The notes beneath the pieces were generated by a model. The model saw only the letters and a program-made list of their open reading frames with translations, was not told the origin of the DNA and did no database searches. DNA of 64,000 nucleotides, taken from the IMG/VR virus record IMGVR_UViG_3300042691_006655; one strand, 5' to 3'. Each line of letters begins with the position of its first letter. Position 1 is the first letter of the stretch. Made by a program: the position numbers and the translations under genes. Source of the stretch: an uncultured virus (IMG/VR IMGVR_UViG_3300042691_006655). Its lineage: Duplodnaviria > Heunggongvirae > Uroviricota > Caudoviricetes. Shown here in pieces: positions 1 through 9,191 of this stretch.

Positions 1-841
1 GTATAAATTTATCAAACTTATAAAGATCAGTTTTATTTACAATAATAAGTTTTACATATTTACTATTTAAATCAATGGAGTCAATGTCGATGGGTTCTCG
101 CTCTTTGTCGTCGTACTCGATTCTCTCAAACATAATATATGGATTTGTGATGAATTGGAGTTTTCTATCACTGAGATCATACAAGTGGAATCCTCGAGGG
201 TCTCTGTAATCCTGCCAAGTAAGTTCATAGGGATTGCCGAGATAGTAAATATGGCCATCATCTGAACGATGATGATAATGACCAGAAAAAACCATATCAA
301 ACTTTTCAAATGTTTCTTTAGAAAGCCCTTCATTGGATTGCATTCCTCTATACATGGCAAATCCTGAGATCTCAAAATGTCCCATGCAGATTTCTGCCTT
401 TGTTGTTTCCATTTCATCCAGACATGCTTTATAGTTTTCTGGACAAATCCACGGTATCATACAAATATCAATTTCATCTATCGTTATTGTTTCTGGTGCA
501 TCAATAACTTTAATGTTGCTATATTCACGTAACAGTAAATCTGGAGAATTTACATCATTAGTATTTTTATAATATGTGTCATGATTTCCTGCTAACATAT
601 AAACTTTAATGTTATTTTGTATTAACTTATCAAAGAACATTTTCTTTGCACGATCAAGTGCATAAAAATTTACATATTTACGACGATCAAAAGTATCCCC
701 AAGAACCAAAACAGTATTAATATTATTTTCAATAATCGTAGGGAAAAAGGTATTATCATAAAACTTTTGAAAGAAGTCAAGAAACGCAATACTGTCATTG
801 CGAGCACCAAAGTGTTGGTCAGTTATAATTGCTACTTTCAA
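1..841 (-). CDS. 47: Recombination endonuclease subunit (T4 gp47 / SbcD-Mre11-like metallophosphoesterase), 3' end runs off the window
   Basis: Not in the ORF track. Manual translation from TTG at 841: MKVAIITDQHFGARND...LGDTFDRRK...AGNHD...MGHFE...SGHYH, the calcineurin-like phosphoesterase motifs; open to position 1. Start overlaps the TGA of the upstream ATPase (TTGA). Confidence 0.93.
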   Translation of the reverse strand, partial: MKVAIITDQHFGARNDSIAFLDFFQKFYDNTFFPTIIENNINTVLVLGDTFDRRKYVNFYALDRAKKMFFDKLIQNNIKVYMLAGNHDTYYKNTNDVNSPDLLLREYSNIKVIDAPETITIDEIDICMIPWICPENYKACLDEMETTKAEICMGHFEISGFAMYRGMQSNEGLSKETFEKFDMVFSGHYHHRSDDGHIYYLGNPYELTWQDYRDPRGFHLYDLSDRKLQFITNPYIMFERIEYDDKEREPIDIDSIDLNSKYVKLIIVNKTDLYKFDKFI

Positions 842-2052
842 ATAAAACCCACCTTTCTATTTGTTTTAGCGGTATGTGCTTGTTCACTTTGCTGATTGAA
901 GATCTCAGCAATAGAATACTCAACAACCTCACCTGTCTTCTTCTCAGGAATAGTAGTGTTAAGTTTGTTTGCTAATTTATTGGCGTCTTTAATAGACAAT
1001 GGTTTAAATTCAACAATATCAAAGCATCTTCCTGGACGAATAAGTGCAGAGTCGATGTCACGAATGCTTGGAAGATTGGTAGAGAAAATCATCTTCTTAC
1101 CTTTGGTTGTCACAAGACCATCACCCACATTAAGGAAACGATGCATCATTGTGTTACCATCACTACGAGATTTTAAGAAGGCGTCGCTGTCCTCGAGAAC
1201 CATAACCTCTGCATCATCTTCGATGAAGCGAGCAAAGAACCCATCCTTCTCAAGGATACCTGCATCATATGTAACGATAGCAGAACAAGAACGATGTGCA
1301 AGAAGACCACGAATGAATGTAGTTTTACCAGTTCCAGGTGGACCAATTAAAAGAAGAATATTTGCAGAAGATTCCATATAGCGATCGTAGTAATCGCCAA
1401 GAGATTCACCTTTTAAAAATGGATACATTTCTTCAATAGGAAGACGATCGCGATTCAATGGTACGTTAACAGAATTACCATCACTACCATAAATCCATTC
1501 GATATAAGATGTAACAACCGAGAAATTAGTTTCAACTAGTTCAATCATATCATCGGCAAATTGTTCATTACCAAAAGCACGAACTTCTGTTGAATTGCTG
1601 TTCACACTAAATTTAATAAAGTTGTGTGTTTCTTGTTCGATAATAAATCCAGAGGAAGAATTAGTTTGAACAAATAGAAAATGTTTGAATTCATTTTCTG
1701 CCCATCTCTTCCAAGTATCACGATTACAAAGAACTGTTGTTTCTCTTTGTACTGTTGTTAGGTTAGCGTCGACCCTACGACGCATTACTTCAGAAGTTAC
1801 CAGATCTTCAAAATCTGATACACCTAAGAAAATTTTATCATTATGTGTTTCCATAGCAACTTTCGGATTTACCATATTATCGAATACATCCCAAGTATAA
1901 CCCCTTAGGAATTTCTTATTTTTATTTCTATTTCTAATACCTCTTGTAATACGCCTTCTTCTTAATCTTGCATCTCTAATAACTTCTGGATAACTCATCC
2001 CGAGTTTTCCAAGTAATTCACTTATCGATTTCGTTGGGCTCATCAGTGTCAC
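838..2052 (-). CDS. AAA+ ATPase of unknown role; true start may be Met4 (2043) or later
   Basis: Walker A GPPGTGKT, Walker B VMVLEDSD, sensor/Arg-finger region STN...IDSALIRPGRCFD, C-terminal KVGF. Confidence 0.85.
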   Translation of the reverse strand: MTLMSPTKSISELLGKLGMSYPEVIRDARLRRRRITRGIRNRNKNKKFLRGYTWDVFDNMVNPKVAMETHNDKIFLGVSDFEDLVTSEVMRRRVDANLTTVQRETTVLCNRDTWKRWAENEFKHFLFVQTNSSSGFIIEQETHNFIKFSVNSNSTEVRAFGNEQFADDMIELVETNFSVVTSYIEWIYGSDGNSVNVPLNRDRLPIEEMYPFLKGESLGDYYDRYMESSANILLLIGPPGTGKTTFIRGLLAHRSCSAIVTYDAGILEKDGFFARFIEDDAEVMVLEDSDAFLKSRSDGNTMMHRFLNVGDGLVTTKGKKMIFSTNLPSIRDIDSALIRPGRCFDIVEFKPLSIKDANKLANKLNTTIPEKKTGEVVEYSIAEIFNQQSEQAHTAKTNRKVGFI

Positions 2053-2569
2053 CTATAAATTCATCAAGAGTCTGTTGTTTCTTTTTTCGCTTTTCTTTTT
2101 TTCGTTCCATAAATGTATCGTCAAAGGTATGATTGCTTTGCATAAAGTCAAGATATGCATTGTGATATTCTGCATCATCCCCTTCTTGCACTTCAAATGC
2201 CTCAAATGGCATGTCTTGAATTAGTTTACCTTTAATATAACTTTGTTTCTTTTCTTTGGCAATCCTACGTAAAAATGCATAGTAGATAATTTGTGTAAAA
2301 TAAGCAAAGGGATTATTAGATTTAGAAGGATCAAAGTTATCAATATATTGAATACAATTTTCTACACCATCGAGAATCATATCATCTCGATAGGAATAGT
2401 TTATAAAATTGGGTTTGTAAGATAAATGCGTTGCGATCTTAAGAATACACTCACCAATGTAATTGCTAACAATTGGCTTTGGTTTTCCTTCCGATGTTGC
2501 AAGAGAACACTTCGCTCTATAATCTATAAGTGCTTGTAAAAAATCAGCGTTATTTACATAATGTGCCAT
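2018..2569 (-). CDS. 55: Sigma factor for late transcription
   Basis: HYVNNADFL, YIGECILKIATHLSYKPNFINYSYRDDMILDGVENC, NPFAYFTQIIYYAFLRRIAKEKKQ are typical gp55 motifs. Confidence 0.96.
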   Translation of the reverse strand: MAHYVNNADFLQALIDYRAKCSLATSEGKPKPIVSNYIGECILKIATHLSYKPNFINYSYRDDMILDGVENCIQYIDNFDPSKSNNPFAYFTQIIYYAFLRRIAKEKKQSYIKGKLIQDMPFEAFEVQEGDDAEYHNAYLDFMQSNHTFDDTFMERKKEKRKKKQQTLDEFIGDTDEPNEIDK

Positions 2570-2605
2570 GCATTGGATTCTTTCATATAGTTCAAGTTAT
2601 TTCAT

Positions 2606-2634
2606 ATTATACAACATCTTATCTGTAAAGACAA
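2606..2634 (-). promoter_or_regulatory. Sigma70-type promoter for gp55
   Basis: Minus strand TTGTCT (2634-2629), 17 nt, TATAAT (2611-2606), AT-rich upstream. Confidence 0.75.
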
Positions 2635-2658
2635 GTTTTATTTTATTACAAAATAAAT

Positions 2659-2687
2659 TTGCTTTTTTATTTGACTTGGGGCATAAT
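2659..2687 (+). promoter_or_regulatory. Candidate sigma70-type promoter firing antisense, no downstream plus-strand gene
   Basis: TTGCTT (2659-2664), 17 nt, CATAAT (2682-2687), back-to-back with the gp55 promoter. Confidence 0.5.
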
Positions 2688-2714
2688 TCAGGGTGTTGGG
2701 GTTCATATCGATAC

Positions 2715-3176
2715 TTAATTAATCGTATCGTTACCTTGTACGAAATTTCGTGGTATAGTATTTTCTTCTTCTGTTTCATCTTGCTGTAATAAACTCTGTA
2801 ACATATCAATCTGTTTCACAGCATCTTCGACAGTCATCGTTTCATTATCATTTAAATGTTCTGTTTTATCTTTCGTCACAAAAGATTGTTTTTCATGTTC
2901 AGCAACTATCTTTTGATAATGTGGGATAAACACGTGATGTAATTTTTTACAGAACATAATATCTTTTTTATGAATAACAAAGATCTTGTCATCTGAGAAT
3001 TGGCATAAAGGTGATGCAGTTACATGCTCTCGAGAAGTTTCAAATACAGGAATAGTTCTTATACACATTGGAGTCTCGAGTAATATACGATCTTCATCTT
3101 CTTCTTTAAGAATAGCCATCACTTGCTCGCCAGAAGACAATTTTAATATTACGTATAATTCTGAGCCTGTTAGCAT
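2715..3176 (-). CDS. Conserved T4-like phage protein, possibly Sm-like fold
   Basis: VILKLSSGEQVMA N-terminus and position between uvsW and gp55, as in other T4-like phages; overlaps the uvsW stop. Confidence 0.65.
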   Translation of the reverse strand: MLTGSELYVILKLSSGEQVMAILKEEDEDRILLETPMCIRTIPVFETSREHVTASPLCQFSDDKIFVIHKKDIMFCKKLHHVFIPHYQKIVAEHEKQSFVTKDKTEHLNDNETMTVEDAVKQIDMLQSLLQQDETEEENTIPRNFVQGNDTIN

Positions 3177-4648
3177 AGATCCACCTCTATTATTTTAGTT
3201 TTGAATTCTTCTTCAGCATACGTTTTATATCTTTCAGCTGCATGATTCAGAGTGTGATTCTTCCAAGATTTCCAGTGTAAGTCATCTGCTATATCATATA
3301 GATTACATTTAGTTTTTCCATCTTTCAATCTTAATCCACGCCCAATACTTTGCAGATTGCGGATTTTACTTTTTGAAGGACTTGCGAAAATGACATTCTC
3401 AATCGAAGGTATGTTGATACCTGTCGAGAATGTCCCGAAAGAAGCAATGATGATAGCATCTGTTTCTCCTTCCGTGATATGTCTAATTGATTCACGATCT
3501 GAAGTTTCTGTTCCTCCGTACACAAAGAAAATTTTCCTGGCATCATGAGTTTTATTTTTAATAAGATCGTAGAGAACTTTGCCGTGTTTTTCAACGAATT
3601 GAAAAAGTACCAGCGTATTACCTTTAGAAGTTACTGCCAAGTTACGTATAAATTTGTTACGTTTCTCATTAGAAACTAACCAATCTATCTCTTCTTGGTA
3701 CGTTTTATTTTTGCGTTCCTTACGAATGTCCTCAGAATATTTAAGAATAATACACATTATATTTAGGTTAGACAATCTTCCTGAGTCCATTAACGCTTTG
3801 GTAGTAGTAACTTTATGCACTTTGCCAAAAACACCCTCAAGAACTAGCCGATGAATTTTCTTATCATCTAATGTACCAGTCGTACCAATACGATGAGATA
3901 TAGTATCCATCTTTTCCATAACACCAGTTAAAGATTTCGCTTTAAAGTTGTGCGCTTCATCTCCAAACATAACATTAAATTGTTTAAACCAAGCACGTGG
4001 CTGGAGATAGATTGATTGCCATGTAGTAATCAATACGTCCTTGCTAAACTCTTTGGGGAATCCACTGTATAGTTTTTGACAATGAGAACTAACTTGCCAT
4101 TGATTAACTGAAGAATAATCTTCAAAATCAGAGTACATCTGTTCAACCAAGGAAGTAGTTGGAACTATTAAGATGCATTTGCGACCTTGATCTAAATGCC
4201 ATCGCATAATGCTGTATATAATAAATGATTTACCTGATGCAGTAGGAGATAATAAAAGAGTTCTTTGTTTATCTAAAGCAGTGGTTATTGCTTCAATTTG
4301 ATAATCACGTATCTCAATTTTTTCGGGTAGATCTAAAGATCTAACATATTGTTCTATTTTTTCTGTAGTGTATCCGTGTGTTAACTTTAAATCTGATTTC
4401 CAAGTTAACGAATAATTATTTCGTTCGCAGAATTGTTCGACATATTCTATTAAGCCAATGTAAAGAGTTTTTCTAATTTGATCATATAAACGAACTTTAC
4501 CATCCCAAAGTCTAGCACGATACTGCGGTGTGAACCTAGCACCTGGATATTCATAAGTGAAGAAATCAGATAATTCTTGTTCTATGCTCGCATCAGAAAA
4601 TATACGAACATATACTTCATCTAATTTTTCTATTGTCAGTATCGCCAT
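3170..4648 (-). CDS. uvsW: UvsW SF2 RNA-DNA/DNA-DNA helicase
   Basis: WDGKVRLY, RDYQ, SPTASGKS, DEAH, LQSIGRGLR. Start placed at ATG 4648 (TAATG overlap with the uvsY stop) rather than the track start 4675. Confidence 0.96.
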   Translation of the reverse strand: MAILTIEKLDEVYVRIFSDASIEQELSDFFTYEYPGARFTPQYRARLWDGKVRLYDQIRKTLYIGLIEYVEQFCERNNYSLTWKSDLKLTHGYTTEKIEQYVRSLDLPEKIEIRDYQIEAITTALDKQRTLLLSPTASGKSFIIYSIMRWHLDQGRKCILIVPTTSLVEQMYSDFEDYSSVNQWQVSSHCQKLYSGFPKEFSKDVLITTWQSIYLQPRAWFKQFNVMFGDEAHNFKAKSLTGVMEKMDTISHRIGTTGTLDDKKIHRLVLEGVFGKVHKVTTTKALMDSGRLSNLNIMCIILKYSEDIRKERKNKTYQEEIDWLVSNEKRNKFIRNLAVTSKGNTLVLFQFVEKHGKVLYDLIKNKTHDARKIFFVYGGTETSDRESIRHITEGETDAIIIASFGTFSTGINIPSIENVIFASPSKSKIRNLQSIGRGLRLKDGKTKCNLYDIADDLHWKSWKNHTLNHAAERYKTYAEEEFKTKIIEVDLC

Positions 4649-5085
4649 TACATCCCTACTAAAAACTTCTTCCACTCAACTGCAGTTTTGATTTGCCAGT
4701 CTCTGGCTTTAATTTGTTGTAGGATAGATTCAAGTAGATAAATCATAGTTTCTAGATAATCTATTTTAACTTTAATTGTAACTAATTCTTTATCGCCTGA
4801 TAGGAATTCATCCATCTCATTCTTTAATGGTTTAACACCTTGCCATTGTTCCCAACCAAGATTTGATAGTTCATCACGAGATAGTTCACCACGATACAAA
4901 CGAAATTTATTTTTTCGTAATAGTAGATAATCTGATTGGAGTTTTGTATGTTTGAGTTTTATCTGCACTAAGATTTTAACATACTTAGCGTGTAGTTTTG
5001 GAGTTGCCGTGGAATTTTCGCCAAGATACTTATCATCAATCTCGCAATCAGTGTCCCACATTTCTTGCAATTGTTCAATATTCAT
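4648..5085 (-). CDS. uvsY: UvsY recombination mediator
   Basis: TPKLHAKY, RDWQIKTAVEWKKF; 145 aa; adjacent to uvsW. Confidence 0.92.
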   Translation of the reverse strand: MNIEQLQEMWDTDCEIDDKYLGENSTATPKLHAKYVKILVQIKLKHTKLQSDYLLLRKNKFRLYRGELSRDELSNLGWEQWQGVKPLKNEMDEFLSGDKELVTIKVKIDYLETMIYLLESILQQIKARDWQIKTAVEWKKFLVGM

Positions 5086-5112
5086 AATAACCTCAAGTTT
5101 TAGATTACTATA

Positions 5113-5141
5113 ATTATACAGTAATCTTACAAAAAAGACAA
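5113..5141 (-). promoter_or_regulatory. Sigma70-type promoter for uvsY-uvsW
   Basis: Minus strand TTGTCT (5141-5136), 17 nt, TATAAT (5118-5113); same -35 as the gp55 promoter; GAGG ribosome site before the uvsY ATG. Confidence 0.75.
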
Positions 5142-5148
5142 GTTTGAC

Positions 5149-5673
5149 TTAGTAGAATTTATAGTATCCATACCTAAATGTTGCATTACCAACTAGGTAT
5201 TGGACGTCTTGATTAGTTCCTGCAAATTGCAATGATTCTATACCAATTGGAAATAAATCATGAAACACTATTGTTCTTGCAGTTTGATTGTTTGAATTTA
5301 GTATTTGTAAAGTAGCATCAGAATAGTTTCTTGCCAATTCTGAGTAATTAGTATTATCACCATTAATAAATGTTGTATACTGATCGTATGTTTCTGGGAA
5401 TCCTAATGCAACAATCCAATTATATATCCCAACATAATTTAACATCTGCTCGTCTACTAAAAAATTAACAGTTAGTTGATCGTATGTTAATGTTTCACCA
5501 GGAATTGGTGCTACATTAAATGGGTTACCAAATTCTGGTGCGCCTAAAGTTATACCAGGAAGTTGTATTGTTTGACAGAAAAATGTTAAATCAGGTAATT
5601 TACTGATGTTAAACATAAACCCATTAGGAGATAATGGATTAACATTTGATGGGAATGGGCAAGTAGTAGTCAT
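5149..5673 (-). CDS. 3: Tail completion / sheath stabilizer (tail tube terminator)
   Basis: NPLSPNGFMFNISKLPDLTFFCQ, IPGETLTYDQLTVNFLVDE, SDATLQIL; position after gp23. Confidence 0.9.
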   Translation of the reverse strand: MTTTCPFPSNVNPLSPNGFMFNISKLPDLTFFCQTIQLPGITLGAPEFGNPFNVAPIPGETLTYDQLTVNFLVDEQMLNYVGIYNWIVALGFPETYDQYTTFINGDNTNYSELARNYSDATLQILNSNNQTARTIVFHDLFPIGIESLQFAGTNQDVQYLVGNATFRYGYYKFY

Positions 5674-5678
5674 ATTAT

Positions 5679-5686
5679 TATTTAGG
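5679..5686 (-). promoter_or_regulatory. Late (gp55-type) promoter variant CCTAAATA for gp3
   Basis: TAAATA core 5 nt upstream of the gp3 ATG, immediately after the gp23 terminator. Confidence 0.7.
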
Positions 5687-5690
5687 AAAT

Positions 5691-5717
5691 AAAAAAGGGG
5701 AACCGAAGCTCCCCTTT
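5691..5717 (-). terminator. Rho-independent terminator after gp23
   Basis: Minus strand GGGGAGC-TTCG-GTTCCCC followed by TTTTTT; UUCG tetraloop. Confidence 0.9.
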
Positions 5718-5748
5718 AAAGTACCTATCTTACGTAGGTTTCTAACTA

Positions 5749-7047
5749 TTACATCAAGTTAGTAACTTTAACTCTACGATAGTAGTAATTTGCGTTAGCA
5801 GTTAGGTTGTCCTGACCAGCTGCGCCATCGTCAAGATTAACGAATGGATTAGCAACTAGACCGTAACGTGTCTTGAAACCAATCTTTGGCTGGAAGCTGT
5901 TTGGATCAACTGCACGAACCATTTGTAGAGGAACGTATGGGCAGTAGAATAAGCCAGCGTCAAAAGCAGATGCGCCTTTGTAACCAACAACGAAGAACTG
6001 AGTAGCAGATACGTTTGCAGTATATGGATCAACATAAACTTTGTACTTACCGTTTAGAACACCTGCAAAAGTAGTAGAAGTGTCATCAACAGTTAAGTCA
6101 TTCTTACCAGTTAAACCAGAAGAGTAATCTAGAACACCAGCCATCGCTAAAGCAGAAGCAACGTCTGCAGAAGTGATGATGATGTTACCACGACCACGAC
6201 GTGTTTGCTGACCGATCGCATTGGCTTCACGTTCGATTTGGAACATTAAACCTTTAAATTTCTCAACAGACCAACGACCATTAGAATCAACGTCTAGGTC
6301 GAAAGTACCAGCTGTAGCAGTACCAACAGCAGCACCAGCTTTAGCAGTTTTGTAAATTGTGCGAATAACTTCACGATTGATTTCAGCAAGAATTTCTGTA
6401 GAAAGAATGTTGCTTAGTTCGCCTTCAGCGTCAAGACCATGAACAGATTTCATGTCTTGTGCTAATTCAACTGAGTACTCAGCTTTTAGAGCACGTGTCT
6501 TAGCAGTAACGCTGGTTTTCTCGATTGAGAAAGCCATTGCACCGAAAGAACCATCACCCTGACCACCTTGGCCAAGACGCTCGCCATCAGCAGTTGCTAG
6601 ACCAGAACCAGTAGTTTCAGAACCACTGAAATCATAAGCACCACTATGTGTACCTGTACCAGCGAAATCTGTATCGGCTTCGTTGAAAAGAGCTTCGTCA
6701 CCACCTTGAGTGCTATAACGGCTCTTCATTGCGAAGATTAAACCTGTTGGCTGAGTCATTGGCTGAACACCGCAAACGTCGTAAGCGATCATTTGTGGCA
6801 TTGCACGACGGACTAAGCTAATAAGAACTGGGTCAAACTTAGCGAAACCACCAGTGTCACCATATGAACCAACTGCGTTAGCTGGAGCAGCTTCAAACAA
6901 CGCTTCACGTTGCTTAGCCATTTCACGCTCTTGGTTCTCTAATAGAACAGCAGTAACTTCTTTACGATAATTGTCACGAATTGCAGGTGCACCTTCGTGA
7001 TTTAACACTGGTGCCCATTTTTCGATTAATTGTTGACGTGTTGTCAT
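5749..7047 (-). CDS. 23: Major capsid protein
   Basis: KWAPVL, DPVLISLVRRAMP, GVQPMTQPTGLIFAM, RALKAEYSVELAQD, FYCPYVPL, FQPKIGFKTRYG. Confidence 0.98.
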   Translation of the reverse strand: MTTRQQLIEKWAPVLNHEGAPAIRDNYRKEVTAVLLENQEREMAKQREALFEAAPANAVGSYGDTGGFAKFDPVLISLVRRAMPQMIAYDVCGVQPMTQPTGLIFAMKSRYSTQGGDEALFNEADTDFAGTGTHSGAYDFSGSETTGSGLATADGERLGQGGQGDGSFGAMAFSIEKTSVTAKTRALKAEYSVELAQDMKSVHGLDAEGELSNILSTEILAEINREVIRTIYKTAKAGAAVGTATAGTFDLDVDSNGRWSVEKFKGLMFQIEREANAIGQQTRRGRGNIIITSADVASALAMAGVLDYSSGLTGKNDLTVDDTSTTFAGVLNGKYKVYVDPYTANVSATQFFVVGYKGASAFDAGLFYCPYVPLQMVRAVDPNSFQPKIGFKTRYGLVANPFVNLDDGAAGQDNLTANANYYYRRVKVTNLM

Positions 7048-7066
7048 GTTATTTCCTTTGCTTTAA

Positions 7067-8065
7067 TTAAATTTTGTTGAGTGCAGATAGATAAGCAGAC
7101 ATTGTTGGATCAAGTTTAACTTGTTTTTCCTCAGTCAATGCTTCTACAGGAGCATCAGTAACTACAGATTTAACTTCTGTAGGTTTATTTGTGAAATAAT
7201 TCTCACGAATAGTCTTAACCTTATTCTCAAAAGTTTCAGCATCTTCATAAGAAAGTTCTTCAACTAATCCCATAAACTTTTCAGTTTCTGTATCAGTCAA
7301 TCCCTCACTTACTGTCTTAACGATTTCTGCTTTCTTTTGTTCAGCAATATTTTTGCTTAACTCGATATTAGCAGCAACTTGCTCATTAAGTTTTGCTTCT
7401 AGTTCTTCTAATCTAAGTTCCATTTCGCCAAGCGCATCAAACTGTTCTTCTGGAACATCGATGTAATGCTCTTCAAATAGATTTTTTAGACCAGCGACAA
7501 ATCCTTCAAGAATGTCGGATTTAATACCACGCTCAAGGGCTATTTCATTCTGTGCCATCCACTGCTCAGCTACGTAGCCGAGATATCCATCAACTTGTTC
7601 AACAAGACCCTCTGTATTCTTTGCAACTTGCTCAGCAAGTTTGCTTTCGAATTCTTCTTCAATACGAGCAACTTCTGCTTTTACACGAGCCATAACCGCT
7701 GCTTCGTAAATAGTAGTTGCTTTTGTTTTAAATTCTTCTGTTAATTCTTCGCCATTAAATAATGCATCCATGTCTTCTTTAACAGTATTACCTTGACGAA
7801 CAGGAGACTGGTCACCATTGTGAGGATTCATAGATCCTGTTGGTGCATTCTCTGCTTCTTTTTCTTGGTCTACGTTATTACGTGCATTATCTGGATTAGG
7901 GGTTTCGCCACCATTAGGAACAGCGTTACCTTTGCGGACTACTGCTTTATCAGCAGCGACAGCACCATGAGTACCTGGATCGTTACCACCTTCTGATCCA
8001 TGGACTTTGAATTCATCTAATTTAGATTCAGCCAAAATCTCTGCAATTTTTTGTTCGATTGACAT
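7067..8065 (-). CDS. 22: Prohead core scaffold protein
   Basis: Acidic coiled coil, EEFKTKATTIYEAAV, VDGYLGYVAEQW, GLKNLFEEHYIDVPEE; between gp21 and gp23. Confidence 0.93.
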   Translation of the reverse strand: MSIEQKIAEILAESKLDEFKVHGSEGGNDPGTHGAVAADKAVVRKGNAVPNGGETPNPDNARNNVDQEKEAENAPTGSMNPHNGDQSPVRQGNTVKEDMDALFNGEELTEEFKTKATTIYEAAVMARVKAEVARIEEEFESKLAEQVAKNTEGLVEQVDGYLGYVAEQWMAQNEIALERGIKSDILEGFVAGLKNLFEEHYIDVPEEQFDALGEMELRLEELEAKLNEQVAANIELSKNIAEQKKAEIVKTVSEGLTDTETEKFMGLVEELSYEDAETFENKVKTIRENYFTNKPTEVKSVVTDAPVEALTEEKQVKLDPTMSAYLSALNKI

Positions 8066-8099
8066 CGTTTTCTCCTGTAACTGGATAGTTCTATTGAAT

Positions 8100-8107
8100 T
8101 ATTTATA
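8100..8107 (-). promoter_or_regulatory. Late promoter TATAAATA for gp22-gp23
   Basis: Exact T4 late consensus 34 nt upstream of the gp22 ATG, with AGGAG in the leader. Confidence 0.85.
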
Positions 8108-8109
8108 AT

Positions 8110-8760
8110 TTATCTGATTTTACTCAGAAACTTTTGGAAAGCCAGAATCTTCGCTTCCTCTAAATTACGAGAAGAAGTTTTCTTAATAGTTGTTCTAACT
8201 TCCTCGATATGTTTTTCCACAAACTTTCCATCAACAAAAACCCAATCTTTACTCTCCATAATACCACGCACAAATGCGTCTGGAGCAGATGGGTCTGCAA
8301 CGATATCTGCTGCTGTTGACAGCATAAAATCGTCCTGAACAATTTGGACACCATCAGATTCTTTTAGTGTACCAAGTGCTCTACTAGAAACACCAAGATT
8401 AGCACCACCATCTAATAAACCACGTGCAATGTTACCCATAGGTGTTTCAAGAATTTTTGCTTTGCCTACATAGTTAGTACCTTCTTTACGAAGAGAAACT
8501 ATTAAATGAGATACACGATCTAAATTAATAGATGGAGTGTCTGGATGACCTAACTCACCGTAAGCACGATTACTATCTACTTGTTCTTTCATGTAACGTG
8601 CAACTTCTTTATCCATAACTGATTCTGGATACATACGTCCGTTACGATTTTTTAATTCTGATTGAAGAAAGATTCCTTCAATAAAATATTCTTTACCCTT
8701 ACCTAATTTGCTTTCAACTACAAATTGAGTAGATTCTACAACTTCTCTGATTAGTTTCAT
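8110..8760 (-). CDS. 21: Prohead protease
   Basis: IEGIFLQSELKNRNGRMYP, GELGHP, LGVSSRALG, DIVADPSAPDAFV. Confidence 0.97.
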   Translation of the reverse strand: MKLIREVVESTQFVVESKLGKGKEYFIEGIFLQSELKNRNGRMYPESVMDKEVARYMKEQVDSNRAYGELGHPDTPSINLDRVSHLIVSLRKEGTNYVGKAKILETPMGNIARGLLDGGANLGVSSRALGTLKESDGVQIVQDDFMLSTAADIVADPSAPDAFVRGIMESKDWVFVDGKFVEKHIEEVRTTIKKTSSRNLEEAKILAFQKFLSKIR

Positions 8761-9188
8761 TATGCCCCTACCTGCGATTCGTTATCGTAAGCACCATAAG
8801 TAGCAGGTTCAACTTTAGTTGCCCATCCAGCTACTTTGCGTAACACTAAAAACCCTGTAACATCTTTTGCAGCACCATTGGTGACAACTATGTCACTAGT
8901 GTTATCGTTAGTGATCGGAATACCCCAGGCATTTGCTTCCATATATGGAGCATTTTCTGGAGCAGCTGCAATAACAATTTTGCTATTGCGATTAATTGTA
9001 ACTTTAGAACCAAGTTCACCAGAAATACTCCACTTTACAATATTAACTGCTGGAGTGTCAGCATTTCTTGCCTGTGAAGATGCAGCTAAATTGGCAATAG
9101 TGATAGTACCAGACTCTGCTGCCGAAGAAGTAAAATGAATTACTGTTTCTTGGTTAGTATTCTTGACAGTAGTAAATGTCATTGGCAT
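8760..9188 (-). CDS. Hypothetical head-region protein
   Basis: 142-aa ORF in the head operon, stop overlaps the gp21 start (TAATG). Confidence 0.6.
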   Translation of the reverse strand: MPMTFTTVKNTNQETVIHFTSSAAESGTITIANLAASSQARNADTPAVNIVKWSISGELGSKVTINRNSKIVIAAAPENAPYMEANAWGIPITNDNTSDIVVTNGAAKDVTGFLVLRKVAGWATKVEPATYGAYDNESQVGA

Positions 9189-9191
9189 GTT

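Noticed and set aside
67..417. 116-aa minus-strand ORF in the track
   Set aside because: Alternative frame inside gp47, which is the real gene and was omitted from the track because it has no stop in the window.
2568..2809. Two ~70-aa ORFs spanning the gp55 upstream gap
   Set aside because: They overlap promoter elements and neighbouring genes and show no protein-like features.
5723..5739. Small hairpins between stop codon and terminator (ACCTA...TAGGT after gp23; TAACTC...GAGTTA near 60204-60227 after gp32)
   Set aside because: Stems of only 5-6 bp; too weak to call a feature without conservation data.
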